Part shown: in pieces, positions 12,130-24,660 of the stretch
How the letters are laid out: each line of letters starts with the position of its first letter
How positions within the stretch are numbered: the stretch's first letter is position 1
Source of the DNA: Eledone cirrhosa
Taxonomy: Eukaryota
DNA length: 64,000 nucleotides
Assembly: GCA_964016885.1 (NCBI GenBank)
Contig: OZ024741.1
Location: 309,814,001 to 309,878,000, forward strand
Direction of reading: 5' to 3'
Program-made: the position numbers and the translations under genes
The notes under the pieces: model-generated
What the model was told of the DNA's origin: nothing
Seen by the model: the letters and a program-made list of their open reading frames with translations, nothing else
The model's database searches: none

Positions 12130-12970
12130 AGGAATGCTTTGAGTGTTTATTTTTATGTCTGCATTCTAAATTGAAATCCCATTGAGGCTAATTTTACCTG
12201 TCATCCTTTTGGGATGTATCTGACTACACTCCTTCCCCTCCAAAATTTGTAGCTTTCTTCGCAATTTAGACACAAATTATCATGAATTGTCAAATTTCTT
12301 CCAATTTCTGCACATTCTGCATTTAAATCCCACTGAGGTCAACTTTGCCTTTCATCTTTCTGTGGTTGATAAAATGAAGTACTAGTAAAGTGCTAGGGTG
12401 AGTATAATTGACTTTCCTCTCTCACAAATTGCTGGCCTTATACCTAAATTAGAAGTTATTATTATTATTGTTATTATTTCAAATGCCGCCGAGGTTAGCT
12501 TTGCCTTTCACCCTTACAAGGTTGATAAAATAAAGTACCAGTAATGTACTGGGGTTGATTTAATTGACTCCCACCCACCCCAAAATAGTTGGCTTAGTGC
12601 CTAAATGAGAAACTATTGATGGTGGATTGGCAGTATCTGTAGAGTGTTAAATAACATGCTTTGCAGCATAGAGTTATGGTTCTTTACATTCTGAGTTCAA
12701 ATCCCGTCGAGGCTAGCTTTGTCTTTCATTCTTACGAGGTCAGTAAAATAAAATACCAGTAATGCACTGGGGTCGATTCAATCGCCTTTTCTCCTTTTGT
12801 TGGCTTTGTGCCTAAATCAGAAACCCTTATTATTATTAAAGTGATAACATTGGCAGAATCATTAGAAACATTGGATATTTGTTCCAGGTCTCTATATTCT
12901 GAGTTCAAATTCCACCAAGGTCCACTTTGCCTTTCATCCTTCCAGTACCGATAAAGAAAGTACCAGTTTA
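12130..12970 (+). mobile_element. Cluster of five or more same-orientation tRNA-derived SINE copies
   Basis: Repeated gagttcaaatccc..gaggtcaactttgcctttcatcc..gataaaataaagtaccag..(att)n; B-box-like gagttcaaatc. Confidence 0.85.
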
Positions 12971-13447
12971 TGGCTAGTGCAGCTCTCTTTCCTTCCAGCT
13001 GTCACATCTGGGATGTTCTGCTGGATGGAACAATGGAGGGCAGGTTGATGGTTTGTGTGTCTGTTCACGACTGCATGGGCACCTAAAACTTTTCAGTGAA
13101 AGCATGGAACATACTACCAAGTCATACTGAATTGCAAGTGACGAATCATCATCATCTCCGTTTAATGCCTAAGGCATGGGTTAGACGAGTTATCCTGTTG
13201 TGAGCAATGCCATGTCAGGTGACCATGTCTTGCTCGTACAGAACCAATTTGGGCTTGGTTTCTATAGCTAGATGCCCTTCCTAGCGATGTAGTTTAATTT
13301 TAGATTTTATTATTATTTATTGAAGCATGATGGATTGGCAGTGAAGGACTGAGATCATTATGTAACTGGCTTTACCCACTCCACAAATCGCTAGCCTTAT
13401 GCCTATATGAGAAATCATTATTATTTATTCTTTAATTTACTCTACAG

Positions 13448-13615
13448 GAACTGAAAGGAGAGATAATTGTAAAAAGCCTATTGTCTGTGGACTTTGTTGA
13501 TCAACACGGCCATAAGTCATGCTATGTGCTCATATCAGACAACATGAAACAGATCTATGTGTTACGAGATGGTTCTATTGTGAACGTGTTGACGGCACCA
13601 GCTGTTGTGGTAGCT
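13448..13615 (+). CDS. Beta-propeller gene exon 5 (ELKGEIIVKSLLSVDFVDQHGHKSCYVLISDNMKQIYVLRDGSIVNVLTAPAVVVA)
   Basis: tctacag acceptor, GTAAGT donor, 168 nt open frame, phase 0 to 0. Confidence 0.9.
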
Positions 13616-13744
13616 GTAAGTAACTCTATTTCTATGTGTTCTATCTAAGGGGCCAGTTATATATTGAGTTCTACATCAGCTTATTGTAGTAGATTGGTGT
13701 CATTAGATAGTGGTGATGTGATTTGTATAGTGTTTAGGTGATTA

Positions 13745-13982
13745 TGGTCCATTAAACACTCCACAAACCACTACAGTCCACTAAACAATACAGTCCACTA
13801 AACACTACACTACACTCTACAGTCCACTAAACACTACACAAACCACTACAGTCAAGTAAACACTACACTAAACACTATAGTCCAGTAAACACTACACTAA
13901 ACACTAGTCCAGTGAACACTACACTAATCCCTAGTCCACTAAACACTACACAAACCACTAAACACTATACTAAACATTATAC
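13745..13982. repeat. Minisatellite (aacactacacta / cagtccacta units)
   Basis: Direct visual periodicity. Confidence 0.9.
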
Positions 13983-14092
13983 TGACAGACAAATAATCAA
14001 TCAGCAACTCCACTAATCAATAGACTACTGTGGTTAATTTCTCTTTTGTTCATTAATGGATCGTTGTATTGAATAATTAATGTTCTCACGTT

Positions 14093-14422
14093 TTAGTAGT
14101 CAATTTGTAATTTCACTAGTTATTAGTCAATTTGTAACTCCACAAATTAGTAGTCAATTTGTAACTTCACTAATTAGTAGTCAATTTGTAACTCTACTAA
14201 TTGGTGGTCAATTTGTAATTGGTGGTGTGTTGGATTCAGTAATTAATATCCTTGTTATTTAGTAGTCAGTTTGTAACTTCACTAATTAGCAGTCTATTCT
14301 AGATGGTAATTACTGTCATCATTATTTCGGGGTCAGTTTTATACTTCATTAATTAGTAGTCTATTGTAGACAGTAATTAGTATCATCATTATTTAGTGGT
14401 CAGTTTGTAACTTCACTAATTA
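14093..14422. repeat. 27-bp minisatellite (ttagtagtcaatttgtaacttcactaa)
   Basis: Five or more tandem copies, then diverged copies. Confidence 0.9.
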
Positions 14423-14579
14423 CTCCTTTACTGAGGCTGCTCAGAGAACTTACTAATTAATAGTTGGTCTCTTCTTTAATAATTAAATGGCCTCTCAATG
14501 ACTTTATTAAACAGCAGACTATATAATGACTTCTATTTATGACAATAACTAAACTTGCTTTTTGTTGTTTTTTTTCTAG

Positions 14580-14729
14580 ATGTGTAAAGGTTTGTTTGTA
14601 AACAGTAACATACTTGGTTACCAAGCACAACCTAATGGAGATATAGCCAGAGACCCAGACTTAGTAGAAAATACACAAGTTCTTCTTGGTACAGAGAATG
14701 GGGCAATATACTTCCTACATAATTTCACG
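14580..14729 (+). CDS. Beta-propeller gene exon 6 (MCKGLFVNSNILGYQAQPNGDIARDPDLVENTQVLLGTENGAIYFLHNFT)
   Basis: T-rich tract plus ctag acceptor, ACG|GTTCGT donor, 150 nt, blade motif VLLGTENGAIY. Confidence 0.87.
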
Positions 14730-16388
14730 GTTCGTTTCACATAAGTTTTTCTGAATTAAAAATAAATTCTAATGAATTTTGAGACAAAATAGAATAGGCT
14801 TAATTGCTGTTTATGTCTAATATCATTTCCATATTAAAATTACAGCAGTATATTTATAAAATTAAATACTGTACACCCTTTATTTCTGTACTTCCTTTTG
14901 TCTTCCATTCCATTACAGTCATAGACACATGGGTATATAAGTTGGGGTAACAGTACAGTCAATTAAATTAGTCCCTGAAAAGGATGACAAGAAAAATTGG
15001 CCCTCATGAGAATTAAACATGTAATAGTCACTCCATAGCCTTAATAATGCTACTTTCTAATATAGACATAAGGCCAAACATTTGATGTGAAGAGTGGGGT
15101 AGTTGATTAAATCAACCCCAGTATTTGACTTGTACTTTATTTTGTTGATGTCAGAAGGATGATGAAAGGCAAAGTTAACCATGATGGGATTTGATCTCAG
15201 ATCTTGTATAATGATCATGCTGATGCCATGACAAAAAGCTCTCAGTACACTCTGTAAAGTGGTTGTGCTGGTATCATGACAAAAAGTGCCCATTCCACCT
15301 TGTAAATGCTGGTGCTATGAAAAATGCTCTCAGCACATGGTATTCAGTGGTTGGCATTAGGAAGGGCAACTAGCCATAGAAACTCAAGTCCCAAAATAGA
15401 ATGTATGAGCAGGACAAGATTATCCGACCTTCTGACCTAATAATATGACAGCCAGTCTGACCCATGCAAGCATGGAAACTAGATGTTAAACAGTGATGAT
15501 GAAGATAAAAGACCAAACCAAATACCACAAAGACTTTTATCTGACATTCTAACAATTCTGCAAATCCACTACCCTCATAGCCGTGACAATTATTTTTAAC
15601 ACAAGTACAAGGCCAGGAATTTGGAGGTCAGAGAACAGTTGAATACTTTGTCCATTATATTTGACTGGCACTTTATACATCCCAGAAGAATGAAAGGCAA
15701 AGTTGGCCTTGGCAGGATTTGAATTCAGAACACAAAGGGTTGTAACTAAATATAAAGCATTTTGTCTGCTGCTCTAATGATTCTGCCAATTCACAGCTTT
15801 AATAATACTGAGTTCTGACATTGGTACAAGACCACAAATATTGAAGAATAGGTGACCATGGTACTTAACTAGTATTTAATCAACCCAGAAGGATGAAGTG
15901 CAACGTTGATATCAACAGGATTTGAACTCAAAAAGAGCAGGGATAAAGATGAGTTATTCCTTTAAATCAAAGGGCCAGCTTTGTCACACACTGTGTCATG
16001 TTGAACTTCTCTAAGAATTACATTCAGAGTACACATGTCTGTGGATTGCTCAGCCACTTGCACATTAATTTCACAAGCAGGTTGTTTCATTGATCAAATA
16101 ATTGGAACACTCATTGTTGTAACTGAAAGTCCAACATACAGCAATGTATCTGACCTGATGGCCCTTAAGTTTCCTTGTATGACCAAAAGCACCCAGTACA
16201 CACTGTAAATGTGGTTGATGTTAGGAAGAACATCCAGCTGTAGAAACCAAGCCAAAATCAGTTCTGTATGAGCAAGACACGGTCATCCAACCTGGCAGCT
16301 TGTCTAACCCATGCTAGTATGGAAAATAGACGTTAAACAGTAATAATGATGAAGATTACAACCTTAATGTAGATGTGTTATATTCCAG

Positions 16389-16523
16389 ATATCTGTTGAT
16401 GAATATGCCAGAGTATCGCAGCCAATACTAGACCTGCAGCCACTTCGTCTTCCAGATTGTTCTTCAGATTTGGTTCTCTGTTCTGGTTATTACAATGCTG
16501 TCACAGTGTTTTTAGAAGGCAGG
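16389..16523 (+). CDS. Beta-propeller gene exon 7 (ISVDEYARVSQPILDLQPLRLPDCSSDLVLCSGYYNAVTVFLEGR)
   Basis: ttccag acceptor, AGG|GTAAGT donor, 135 nt, phase 0 to 0. Confidence 0.88.
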
Positions 16524-17792
16524 GTAAGTCAAGTTAATTTACCAACCTGATTTTTTTCTAGGACTTTTAAAAAAAATTCTTTGGTTAGAGAGAGAAGTTC
16601 AACACTCATGACCCTTTTTAGGGCCTCCAAGGCTGGTGAGATTGTGGGAGGAAGATATCCTCAAACTGGGGACCTAGTCCCAATGATTGCAACATAGTAG
16701 ACTTCCACTAAAACTACCCAAGGGTAAGGTGGTCGTGTTAAACCAGGGTACATATTAAATAGGCTACAATATAATTTGAACTCAAAATGCAAAGGACCAA
16801 AACAAATACCTCAAAGCATCTTGTCTGAAACTCTAACATCCACTACCCTAGACTAGTACTCGATTTCATTGACCCTGAAAAGATGAAATGTGTTCTTGAG
16901 CAAAACACTTCATTTCACATTGCTCCAGTATGTATACTCAGCTGAAAATGAGTACCAGCAATAGCTGGCGGTTTAACCCTGCGATGGACTGGTGTCCTGT
17001 CCAGGGGAAGTCTTGTACTCTCAGTCGCTTCACGCCATGAAACCAGGATAAGCACCGGCCAAATAAGCCTTCTGGCTTAAAATTGACTTTAGACTTAGAA
17101 AAGCTAAGTTGAGTTCAGCAGGATTTAAAATTGTAAAGGATCTCATTCTTAATATTTATTTAACCTTTTAGTTATACACAGTATTTGAATAAATTAATGA
17201 AGAATTTCAGAAGGATTTACTAAAATTATTATTTCATTAAGATGGTATTTGTAACATAATTTAATAAAAAAGAAAAATATTTTGGATGGTTTTAATTTAA
17301 ATAGGTCTCCTTTAAAATGGATGATTTTGTTTCATAAACAAAAAGCAGGTTGGTATCAAAACATTTAACAAGAATTTTTGTTCAATAGTCGCCATCATCA
17401 TTATTCTTGTTTTAATGAGCATTTTCTCCACGTTGGCACAGGTCTGCTGTACAGCTTATTTCCTCTCTTCATAATTTGGTGTCTGTGAGGTCTCATATTT
17501 TCAGATCCCCAGTGAAAATTACCACCATTATAATCGTCCAATGAGGGGACACTATGCATTTGCTTGACTTGCTAGAAATATCAATTAAAAAGGACACACA
17601 TTGGATAGTCACAGCTGGAATATATTTGATCATGGATGATATAAGGCTAAACAACAACTTCCTATCTACTAATTCCAACTGTCTTAGAGAACTAGGAAAC
17701 AAATGTTATCTAAACTTGAATACCAATCTTTTCCTTTTTACTTAATCCTCTTGATACCAATCCACTTGAAACTGTCCTAGTTTTATGATATA

Positions 17793-18305
17793 CTAGCAGA
17801 ATGGCCCGGTGTTGCTCGGGATTTGCTCTAGGGTTCTTATATATTTGATATATATTTATCCTTTTCAAGCCTCGTGAAATAAATACGTTTGTTTATATTT
17901 TGTTATTGTGTATGCAAAAATATCTCTACACGAATATATAATTATATATATTAAAATAACAGATTAATGTTTAAGCAAAGAATCGCTGCTTTCACCCTTA
18001 ACGGGATCTTCTGAAACTAAAAAAAATCAATCTGAACGCAGAAGTAAATATTTCGAAAAACGTTACACACAGATAGTGACGTCATAATGCAGACATGCAG
18101 ACATTATAAGGGCGCAACATTATATCTATGTATCTATCTAAAAAGAAAGACTAAGAATTATAGGGCATTGAAAATTCGAAATATTTTTTGCTCAAAACAC
18201 TCACAGGACCATAAGTATAACATGTGTAAAGTTTGAAAACAATCGATTGGGTGGTTCTCGAGTTTTAGGGAGTCAGACGGACATTCTCTGTTTTAGATAT
18301 ATAGA
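17793..18305 (-). mobile_element. Non-autonomous Helitron
   Basis: Minus strand 5' TCTATATATC..., 3' hairpin cccgagcaacaccggg then CTAG; inserted at A|T with no TSD. An internal segment recurs inverted at ~4226-4290. Confidence 0.78.
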
Positions 18306-18530
18306 TGAATGTATATTTATACTTAAAATTATGATGGAAGGTTTTAATATAAGAAAATTTTGGTTATGTTTCAAACACCAGTTTACTAATGAAAAGGTTA
18401 ATTATCTAAATTAATTGATAGTGTATTTCATTCAAGGGTTAAAATAGATGCCTCAACAACTGACCTAACTATATGTTATGACTGTATCACCTAGACTATA
18501 CGTATATTTGTTAATCAGTGTGTGCATAGG

Positions 18531-18735
18531 TGGAGGCACATGGCCTAGTAGTAAGGGTGTTGAACTTACGATCATAAATTCGTGGGTTTGATACTTCATT
18601 TCACGTTACTCCAGTATAGTTGGCTAGAAATGAGTACCAGCAATAGACTGGCGTCCTGTCCAGGGGGAAATCTTGTACTCTCAGTTGCTTCATGCAGCAA
18701 AACCAGAATAAGCACTGGCCTAACAAGCCACTAAG
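18531..18735 (+). mobile_element. tRNA-derived CORE-like SINE (related copies ~8060-8187 minus, 16885-17090, 28072-28580, 28945-29250, 42350-42640, 46700-46855 minus)
   Basis: A-box-like tggcctagtagtaagg head; the family shares gtgtccttgagcaagacactttatttcac..ctccagtccactcagctg. Confidence 0.75.
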
Positions 18736-18817
18736 TAAAAAATAAATCTTTACATTTTCAACACTGAGATGTTGGGTAACTCTGCTGGCTTTTTATTTTT
18801 TTTCTCATTGTTTACAG

Positions 18818-18952
18818 AAAATCTGCCAGTACACCACACCTGACTGGGTAAACACAATAGATATAGCAGATACTGATGAAGATGGCACAGATGAGATTAT
18901 ACTGGGATGTAAAGACAATACTATTCAGATTATAAAGTTATCTATCAATTAA
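18818..18952 (+). CDS. Beta-propeller gene last coding exon (KICQYTTPDWVNTIDIADTDEDGTDEIILGCKDNTIQIIKLSIN*)
   Basis: Long pyrimidine tract plus ttacag, FG-GAP/VCBS-type DxDxDGxxE loop, TAA at 18950-18952. Confidence 0.9.
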   Translation, partial: KICQYTTPDWVNTIDIADTDEDGTDEIILGCKDNTIQIIKLSIN

Positions 18953-19048
18953 CCATTCACTAGTTTTTTGTCATTTTTTTCAGTGTAAACTGATTGGTGT
19001 GTACATATCTGTACATGTATACTTTGAACATATGTTAATCTTGTATTT

Positions 19049-19054
19049 AATAAA
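19049..19054 (+). terminator. Candidate polyadenylation signal AATAAA of the propeller gene
   Basis: AATAAA ~100 nt after the stop, followed by T-rich sequence. Confidence 0.5.
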
Positions 19055-19989
19055 AAAATAATGCAAATGAACAAACATTTTTTAATATTTTAATCATAGC
19101 AAATAAATACTAGTTTCAGTGAAAGTTCTGGTTGTCCTTAAGTTTTTGACACCAAAGTGAGATCAGGGAGATGTGTGTACATATATATAAAAGACATGTT
19201 TTCATAAGGGTTTCTTGCATTGGCCTCAAAGCCATAAACTTGTAGAGGAGAAATCTAGTTTATGAAATCAACCCCAGTATTTGACTAGTTTACTTATTTT
19301 ATCAGCTCTTGAGAGATGACTGGCAAAAATCGACCTGGTGGGTAGGGTTGATTTAAAAACATAAAAGAAAGCTGCCTTTTAAGCTTTTCATAATTATATA
19401 TTCACAGATGAAAAATTACATTATGACACTGTAAAATATCCTATTTCCCCATCATTCAAATATAGTTTAGATAGTTCCCTGCAATTCTTTTTACGTTTGA
19501 TGTCTGAAACTTTACGTACACCCCCCCACCCACTTCCATGTAAGCCATGGGTATAATGAGTGTGTATGTACCCTGCAACTCTGGGCTGAGATGGGTTTGG
19601 ATGATAGATAGATGGATAGAAAGAGAAGAGCACCTTACTCTGATGGAAACTGAGAAAGACAGACAGACAGCAGCTTGCTATCATCTAAAAGACCTGCTCC
19701 AGGAGGAATACACACAAATGTCTGAATTTACATATTGTCCAACCCATGCCAGCATGGAAATTAAAAAGAAATGGACTTGAAATTTAAAAATAACAAAATA
19801 TGTGTGGTATATATTGTACAACACACTTCTTAAAAGCAAGAAGCTTGACATGTAACACATGGACCACATTTGCAAATATGAGATGAAATTCAGTAAAAAC
19901 GAACAAACATGAGATAGAGATGTTGACATGGTAGCTTCATTCATTCCAATGTTCTTTTTTTTCTTATGCCATAATTGTTTATACTTTCA

Positions 19990-19995
19990 TTTATT
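19990..19995 (-). terminator. Candidate polyadenylation signal of RPS6KC1
   Basis: tttatt on + (AATAAA on -), ~195 nt past the stop codon. Confidence 0.35.
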
Positions 19996-20058
19996 ATAAA
20001 CAATATTTGTTGACCTTTTGTTGTTCCTCATCATATCTTTTCTTTCCACATGTGTGTG

Positions 20059-20093
<35 letters not shown>

Positions 20094-20188
20094 CAAAACA
20101 ACCAACTTCTCTTTTCTCCCATTAAATCTATGATAGATGGAATATACTGCCAAACATATTGGTAATCCATAAGAAAGCAGTGAACAGT

Positions 20189-20314
20189 TCAAGACAGACA
20201 ATAATCATTTTCCATAGCATTCCAATCAATGCTGGCAAAGAAGGGATGAGCCTTGATGTCTTCAGCTCCATTTATGCCACTCCCAAGACGTTCTCGGGGA
20301 TTGTAGCATAACAA
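20189..20314 (-). CDS. RPS6KC1: RPS6KC1 last exon (LLCYNPRERLGSGINGAEDIKAHPFFASIDWNAMENDYCLS*)
   Basis: Kinase subdomain XI and AGC-type IKAHPFF..IDW; ttcag acceptor; TGA stop. Confidence 0.93.
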   Translation of the reverse strand: MLCYNPRERLGSGINGAEDIKAHPFFASIDWNAMENDYCLS

Positions 20315-21139
20315 CTGAAAGAAGGAAAAAAAGTAAAGTTAAATTACAATAAACAAATACCAACACAGTTTTACCACTCTAGTTCCTCCTTCACACACAT
20401 CACACTCCTTCTTCTTTCAACCTATTCATCATCACTTCTATTCTATTCAAACACTTGATCATGTTTGCCTTGAAAATGTAGGGACTGTATAGAGTGGAGA
20501 GGTTCTTTTCACCTTGCAAGAGACAAGGCAGCCTCTCTGGTGTTGGTGCCACAATAAAATGCACTCAATACACTCTGTAAAGTGGTTGGTTGCTGAATGG
20601 AAACAACATAGGTTAGAGAGTTTGGTTAAAGACTTTATAGTTACTCTATAGTGATGGTGCCATGATAAAACACTATCAGTACACTCTGTAAAATAGACTA
20701 TTGAATAGAGACTTGACAGCAATTACAGTGCTGTTGCCACAATAAAAAATGCTCAGTACACTCTGCACAATGGTTGGCCATCAAATGAAGACAATGTAGA
20801 GTAAACATGACTCTTTAGTTTTCTCAAAGACTAAACAGCCACTCCAGTGTTGGTGCCATGGTAAAAAAACACCCAGTACCTTCTGTAAAGTGGAGGATGT
20901 TAGGAAGTGCATTCAAAATGAAGTGTATACATGTGATGTAGTCTTCTGACTCATGTGGGAGGGTAGTAACACCAATTAAGAACTGGTTCAAACTAACGAC
21001 CCATATAAACAATGCCAGCATGGAAAGCTGACATAAAATATTTAAAAGATATCAGAACAAAATACAGCTTTTCACCAACATGCAACATTGATGTGTCCTA
21101 TCATCTATTGTCTCTTCTACTATTATTACATCTGTTTCT

Positions 21140-21330
21140 GGCGGTGGATTGGCAGTATCGGTAGAGGGTCGGACGCCATTCTTTGCAGCACAGTTACGTC
21201 CCTTTACAAACTGAGTTCAAATCCCACCAAGTTTAACTTTGTCTTTCATCCTTACGGGGTCGATAAAATAAAGTACCAGTAATACACTGGAATAATTGCT
21301 GGCCTTGTGCTAAAAGTAGAAACAATTATT
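21140..21330 (+). mobile_element. Near full-length tRNA-derived SINE (similar copy 52970-53160)
   Basis: ggcggtggattggcagtatcggtagag head and gagttcaaatccc B-box; flanked by direct repeat attattacatctgtttct (probable TSD). Confidence 0.85.
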
Positions 21331-21832
21331 ACATCTGTTTCTACTCTCTGAACCAGTAAATTGTGTATCATTTCCATTCAATGTACCTACTTTTCTTTTA
21401 TCAGTGCTATCCCTTTTTTAGGTATTGTACCAAGGGGAGGCAGTATGGCTATATGGTTAAGAAGTTAGATTTGCAATTATTAGGTCCTAGGTTTGATCCC
21501 ACTGTGTAGCAATTTGAGCCAGTGTCATTTACCATATCCTCAGGTTAATCTATGCCATGTGAGTGAAATTGGGTACCATTATCATCACCACTGTTTAACA
21601 TTCATTTTTCCATGTTAGCATGGGTTAGACGAGTTGTCCTATTGTGAAAAATGCCAGGTCAGGTGACCATGTCATATATATATATATATATGCTAGCATG
21701 GAAGATGGACGTTAAACGAAGATGATGATGATGATATATATATACATATATATATTATAATATAATATTACATTCTTTGAACAAATTCTTACAAGACATC
21801 TTGACAGAGAAATTAATAAAAACTGAACTCAC

Positions 21833-21928
21833 TTCTTCCAACAGGCCTTGAGCCTCCATAGACATATGAGATGGAATCAACAACTGAGTATGAGATGTAA
21901 TTCCTCCAGGATGACAAGAAGATAAGCG
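21833..21928 (-). CDS. RPS6KC1: RPS6KC1 exon (RLSSCHPGGITSHTQLLIPSHMSMEAQGLLEE)
   Basis: cag and gtgagt boundaries, 96 nt; CHPGGI.SHT motif typical of RPS6KC1/RPS6KL1. Confidence 0.92.
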
Positions 21929-22796
21929 CTGAATAATAAATAATAATAATTGAGCAAATATATACATCAACATACATACAATTGTATAAAACTTTAAAAA
22001 TTAAGTCAGCTATAGAAAATGTGTGAGGTGGAACAAAAAAAGGTTTTATAAAATGTGGTGGTGGGGACAGGCCAGGCATATTATACATGGATATATAATA
22101 AATAAAGATATTACTTAAGAAAGATGGCAGGTTGATTTTCTCTCTAGACTCAGCTGATAACCAGATCCATTCTACATGTGATAACAGCTGTTTGACATAA
22201 ATCACTAAACTGCAATATACAGACACTGAATGATAGCATGCAACTAAGTCTTAGATTCTTAAAACATTATGTCCCACCATAATGACCTGGCCATAAGAAA
22301 ATCATATTTTGTTTGCTCCACACTGTGGAGTGACAGCCATACAAAGCAGATGTATTAAAAGCTGTACAGTATATGGTATGGTATGGTATAGTCCTGTTAC
22401 TTCTGATGGAAACGTAGGGGCTCTGTATTGACATATGACGTTTCTTGGGCATTTTAAACCTGACAGAGCCCATCACTCACCAGACCTGAGTACAGCAGAT
22501 TTCTCCCAGAGAAGGATAGAAAGGGAGTGAGAAAGAGATATAGAGGAAGAACAAACCCCTTTACTAGACTGGTACTTTTTTTTTATCAACCTCGAAAGGA
22601 TGAAAGGCAAAGTTGACCGGATTTGAACTCAGAGAGTAGAGAGCTGGATCGAATAACGCAAAGCACTATCTGACATTCTAACGACTGCAAATTTAACACC
22701 TAATAAAAGCTGTAATAACAAATAAAACCTCATGTCACTACTACTCTGCTACCACCATCCATTACAACAACATGAAGTACAAGAAAACCAACTCAC

Positions 22797-22879
22797 TTTT
22801 CCAGAAAGCAACTCAAATAACAAGGCACCAAAGCTCCACCAATCACAAACTTCTGAATGTCCAGATATGCCACAAATTT
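22797..22879 (-). CDS. RPS6KC1: RPS6KC1 exon (EICGISGHSEVCDWWSFGALLFELLSGK)
   Basis: Subdomain IX DWWSFG; canonical splice sites, phase 1 to 0. Confidence 0.93.
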
Positions 22880-23346
22880 CTGAAAAAGTGAACAAAATGA
22901 ACAATGTTTTATGTAATCATCATCATTTTATGTTTGATTTCCATGCTGGCATGAGATAAATAGGCTATCATTGTCTTGATGGGTTAGAGAGACCTCATCT
23001 TGCTCATATGTTTCATATTTAGTATGAATTAATCCTTTTTATATGAAACTGTCCTTAGTCATACAGTGTAAAATTGTTTATATCCATCTAAAAACTTTTC
23101 ATAATTCTAAGTTAGAATCTTTGTTAAGATATGTTCCAAACACCAGACAAATAATGACACCAATGTCTGAAGGTGACACATGAGTTGAACCTGACACCAG
23201 TATTTGAAGGTGGTACCAATATTTAAAGGTGAAACTAATACCTAAATATGCAATGGATATCTGAAGGTGCCACCCACCAATATTTAATCATGATAGAAGA
23301 CTTGATTGTTCTGATTCAAGAACTAACTGGAATTGTACTGACTTTG

Positions 23347-23630
23347 TAAGTCAGTTAGTGAGGAAGAAGGGCAAGGAAAAAAGATGTGATGATCATGACT
23401 AGAATGTCTTTCATCATAAACCTGCTCAATGAAAGCTGACCTATAAGTCAGTTAGTCAGGAAGACGGGCAGGGGAAAAAGATGTGATGATCATAACTAGA
23501 ATGTCTTTCATCATAAACCTGCCCAATGAAGGCTGACTTATTAGTCAGGAGGAAGAGCAAGGAAAAAAGATGTGATGATCATGGCTAGAATGCCATTTAC
23601 CATAAATCTGCTCAATGAAGGCTGACCTAG
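23347..23630. repeat. ~97-bp tandem repeat x3
   Basis: ttagt.aggaaga.gg.caaggaaaaaagatgtgatgatcat..ctagaatg..ataaacctgctcaatgaa.gctgac repeated three times. Confidence 0.9.
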
Positions 23631-23675
23631 GGCTAAACAAGAACTTTTCATGAACAAACAATATAATTCTCTCAC

Positions 23676-23803
23676 CTGGTGCAGTATACATATTTTCCAC
23701 AGCCCAATCATCCAATGGTTGATCAACGTTGTTCATTTGACAAAAGTAAGAAATCAATACATGACCTTTCTCTCCAAGTAAAACATTTGAAGGTTTCAAA
23801 TCA
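23676..23803 (-). CDS. RPS6KC1: RPS6KC1 exon (DLKPSNVLLGEKGHVLISYFCQMNNVDQPLDDWAVENMYTAP)
   Basis: Catalytic loop DLKPSN, SYF in place of DFG, YTAP(E); phase 2 to 1. Confidence 0.94.
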
Positions 23804-24269
23804 CTGCAAGAATAAATAAATTTAAAAATGTTCAATTAAGTACTGACTTGGCCTGTGATGATACATCCAACTTTTGTTAAATGATGATAAACTCATGCAA
23901 GCGTGGAAGATGGACGTTAAACGATGATGAAAATACAATTTAAAAAAAGAATTCAACATAAAATTTGTCTGGTACAAAGAAACTAATGTTACTGCCCCCT
24001 TTAATGTTTCCCATCCAAGTTCCTGCATTAGATATTTATATTCCTTCCTCAGCCCTCAATTCCTTATGGGGCCATAAGGGCATTTAAAACCTAGCAGAGC
24101 CCACCCATCTCCATGTCTAAATACATTTAATTTTTTCCAAAGAAAAGGACAGAAAGAGAGAGAGAGAGATAAGGAGAATCAAGCCCAGTATGTAGCTAGT
24201 ATTTTAATAATCAACACAAAGTGGAATTTGAACTGAGCCAGAATGGTTACTGCACTCTGAGTTAGACGA

Positions 24270-24660
24270 CTACAAAAGAAGTTCCTAGTTAAGTGTTAGC
24301 TATTTCATTTAGCTTTCCTTGATCTGGAGAAGGCCTCTGATAAATTAAGGATACTAGGTGTAGTTGAATGGCTTATGAAAACAATGCAATTCATGTACAG
24401 AGGTGCTATCAGTAAAGTGAGAGTAGGTAAGGAATTTAGTGATGAATTCAATGTGCAGGTAGGTCTAAGAGGAATTAGATGTAGTGTGCAAGGTAGAAGA
24501 CTGCTCAGGTATAGACATGTGATGAGAATGGATAATTATTGTTGGGTGAAGAAGTGCCAAGAGATCCCAGTGGAAGGAAACTAGAATAGAGAGGATCTAG
24601 ACAGAAGTGGCAAGAGCTGATCTCAAAACACTAAACATCACAGAGGAGATGATAATGCAA
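24270..24660 (+). mobile_element. Internally deleted RTE-type LINE fragment
   Basis: AFLDLEKA-like motif, KVRVGKEFSDEFNVQVG and RRLLRYRHVMRM remnants. Confidence 0.7.

Noticed and set aside
14093-14422. Regular 27-bp repeats (also 51615-51905) as a CRISPR array
   Set aside because: Contiguous tandem units without unique spacers, no cas genes, eukaryotic intron context.
21140-21230. tRNA genes at A/B-box-like motifs
   Set aside because: They are SINE heads that run into shared SINE bodies; no complete cloverleaf.
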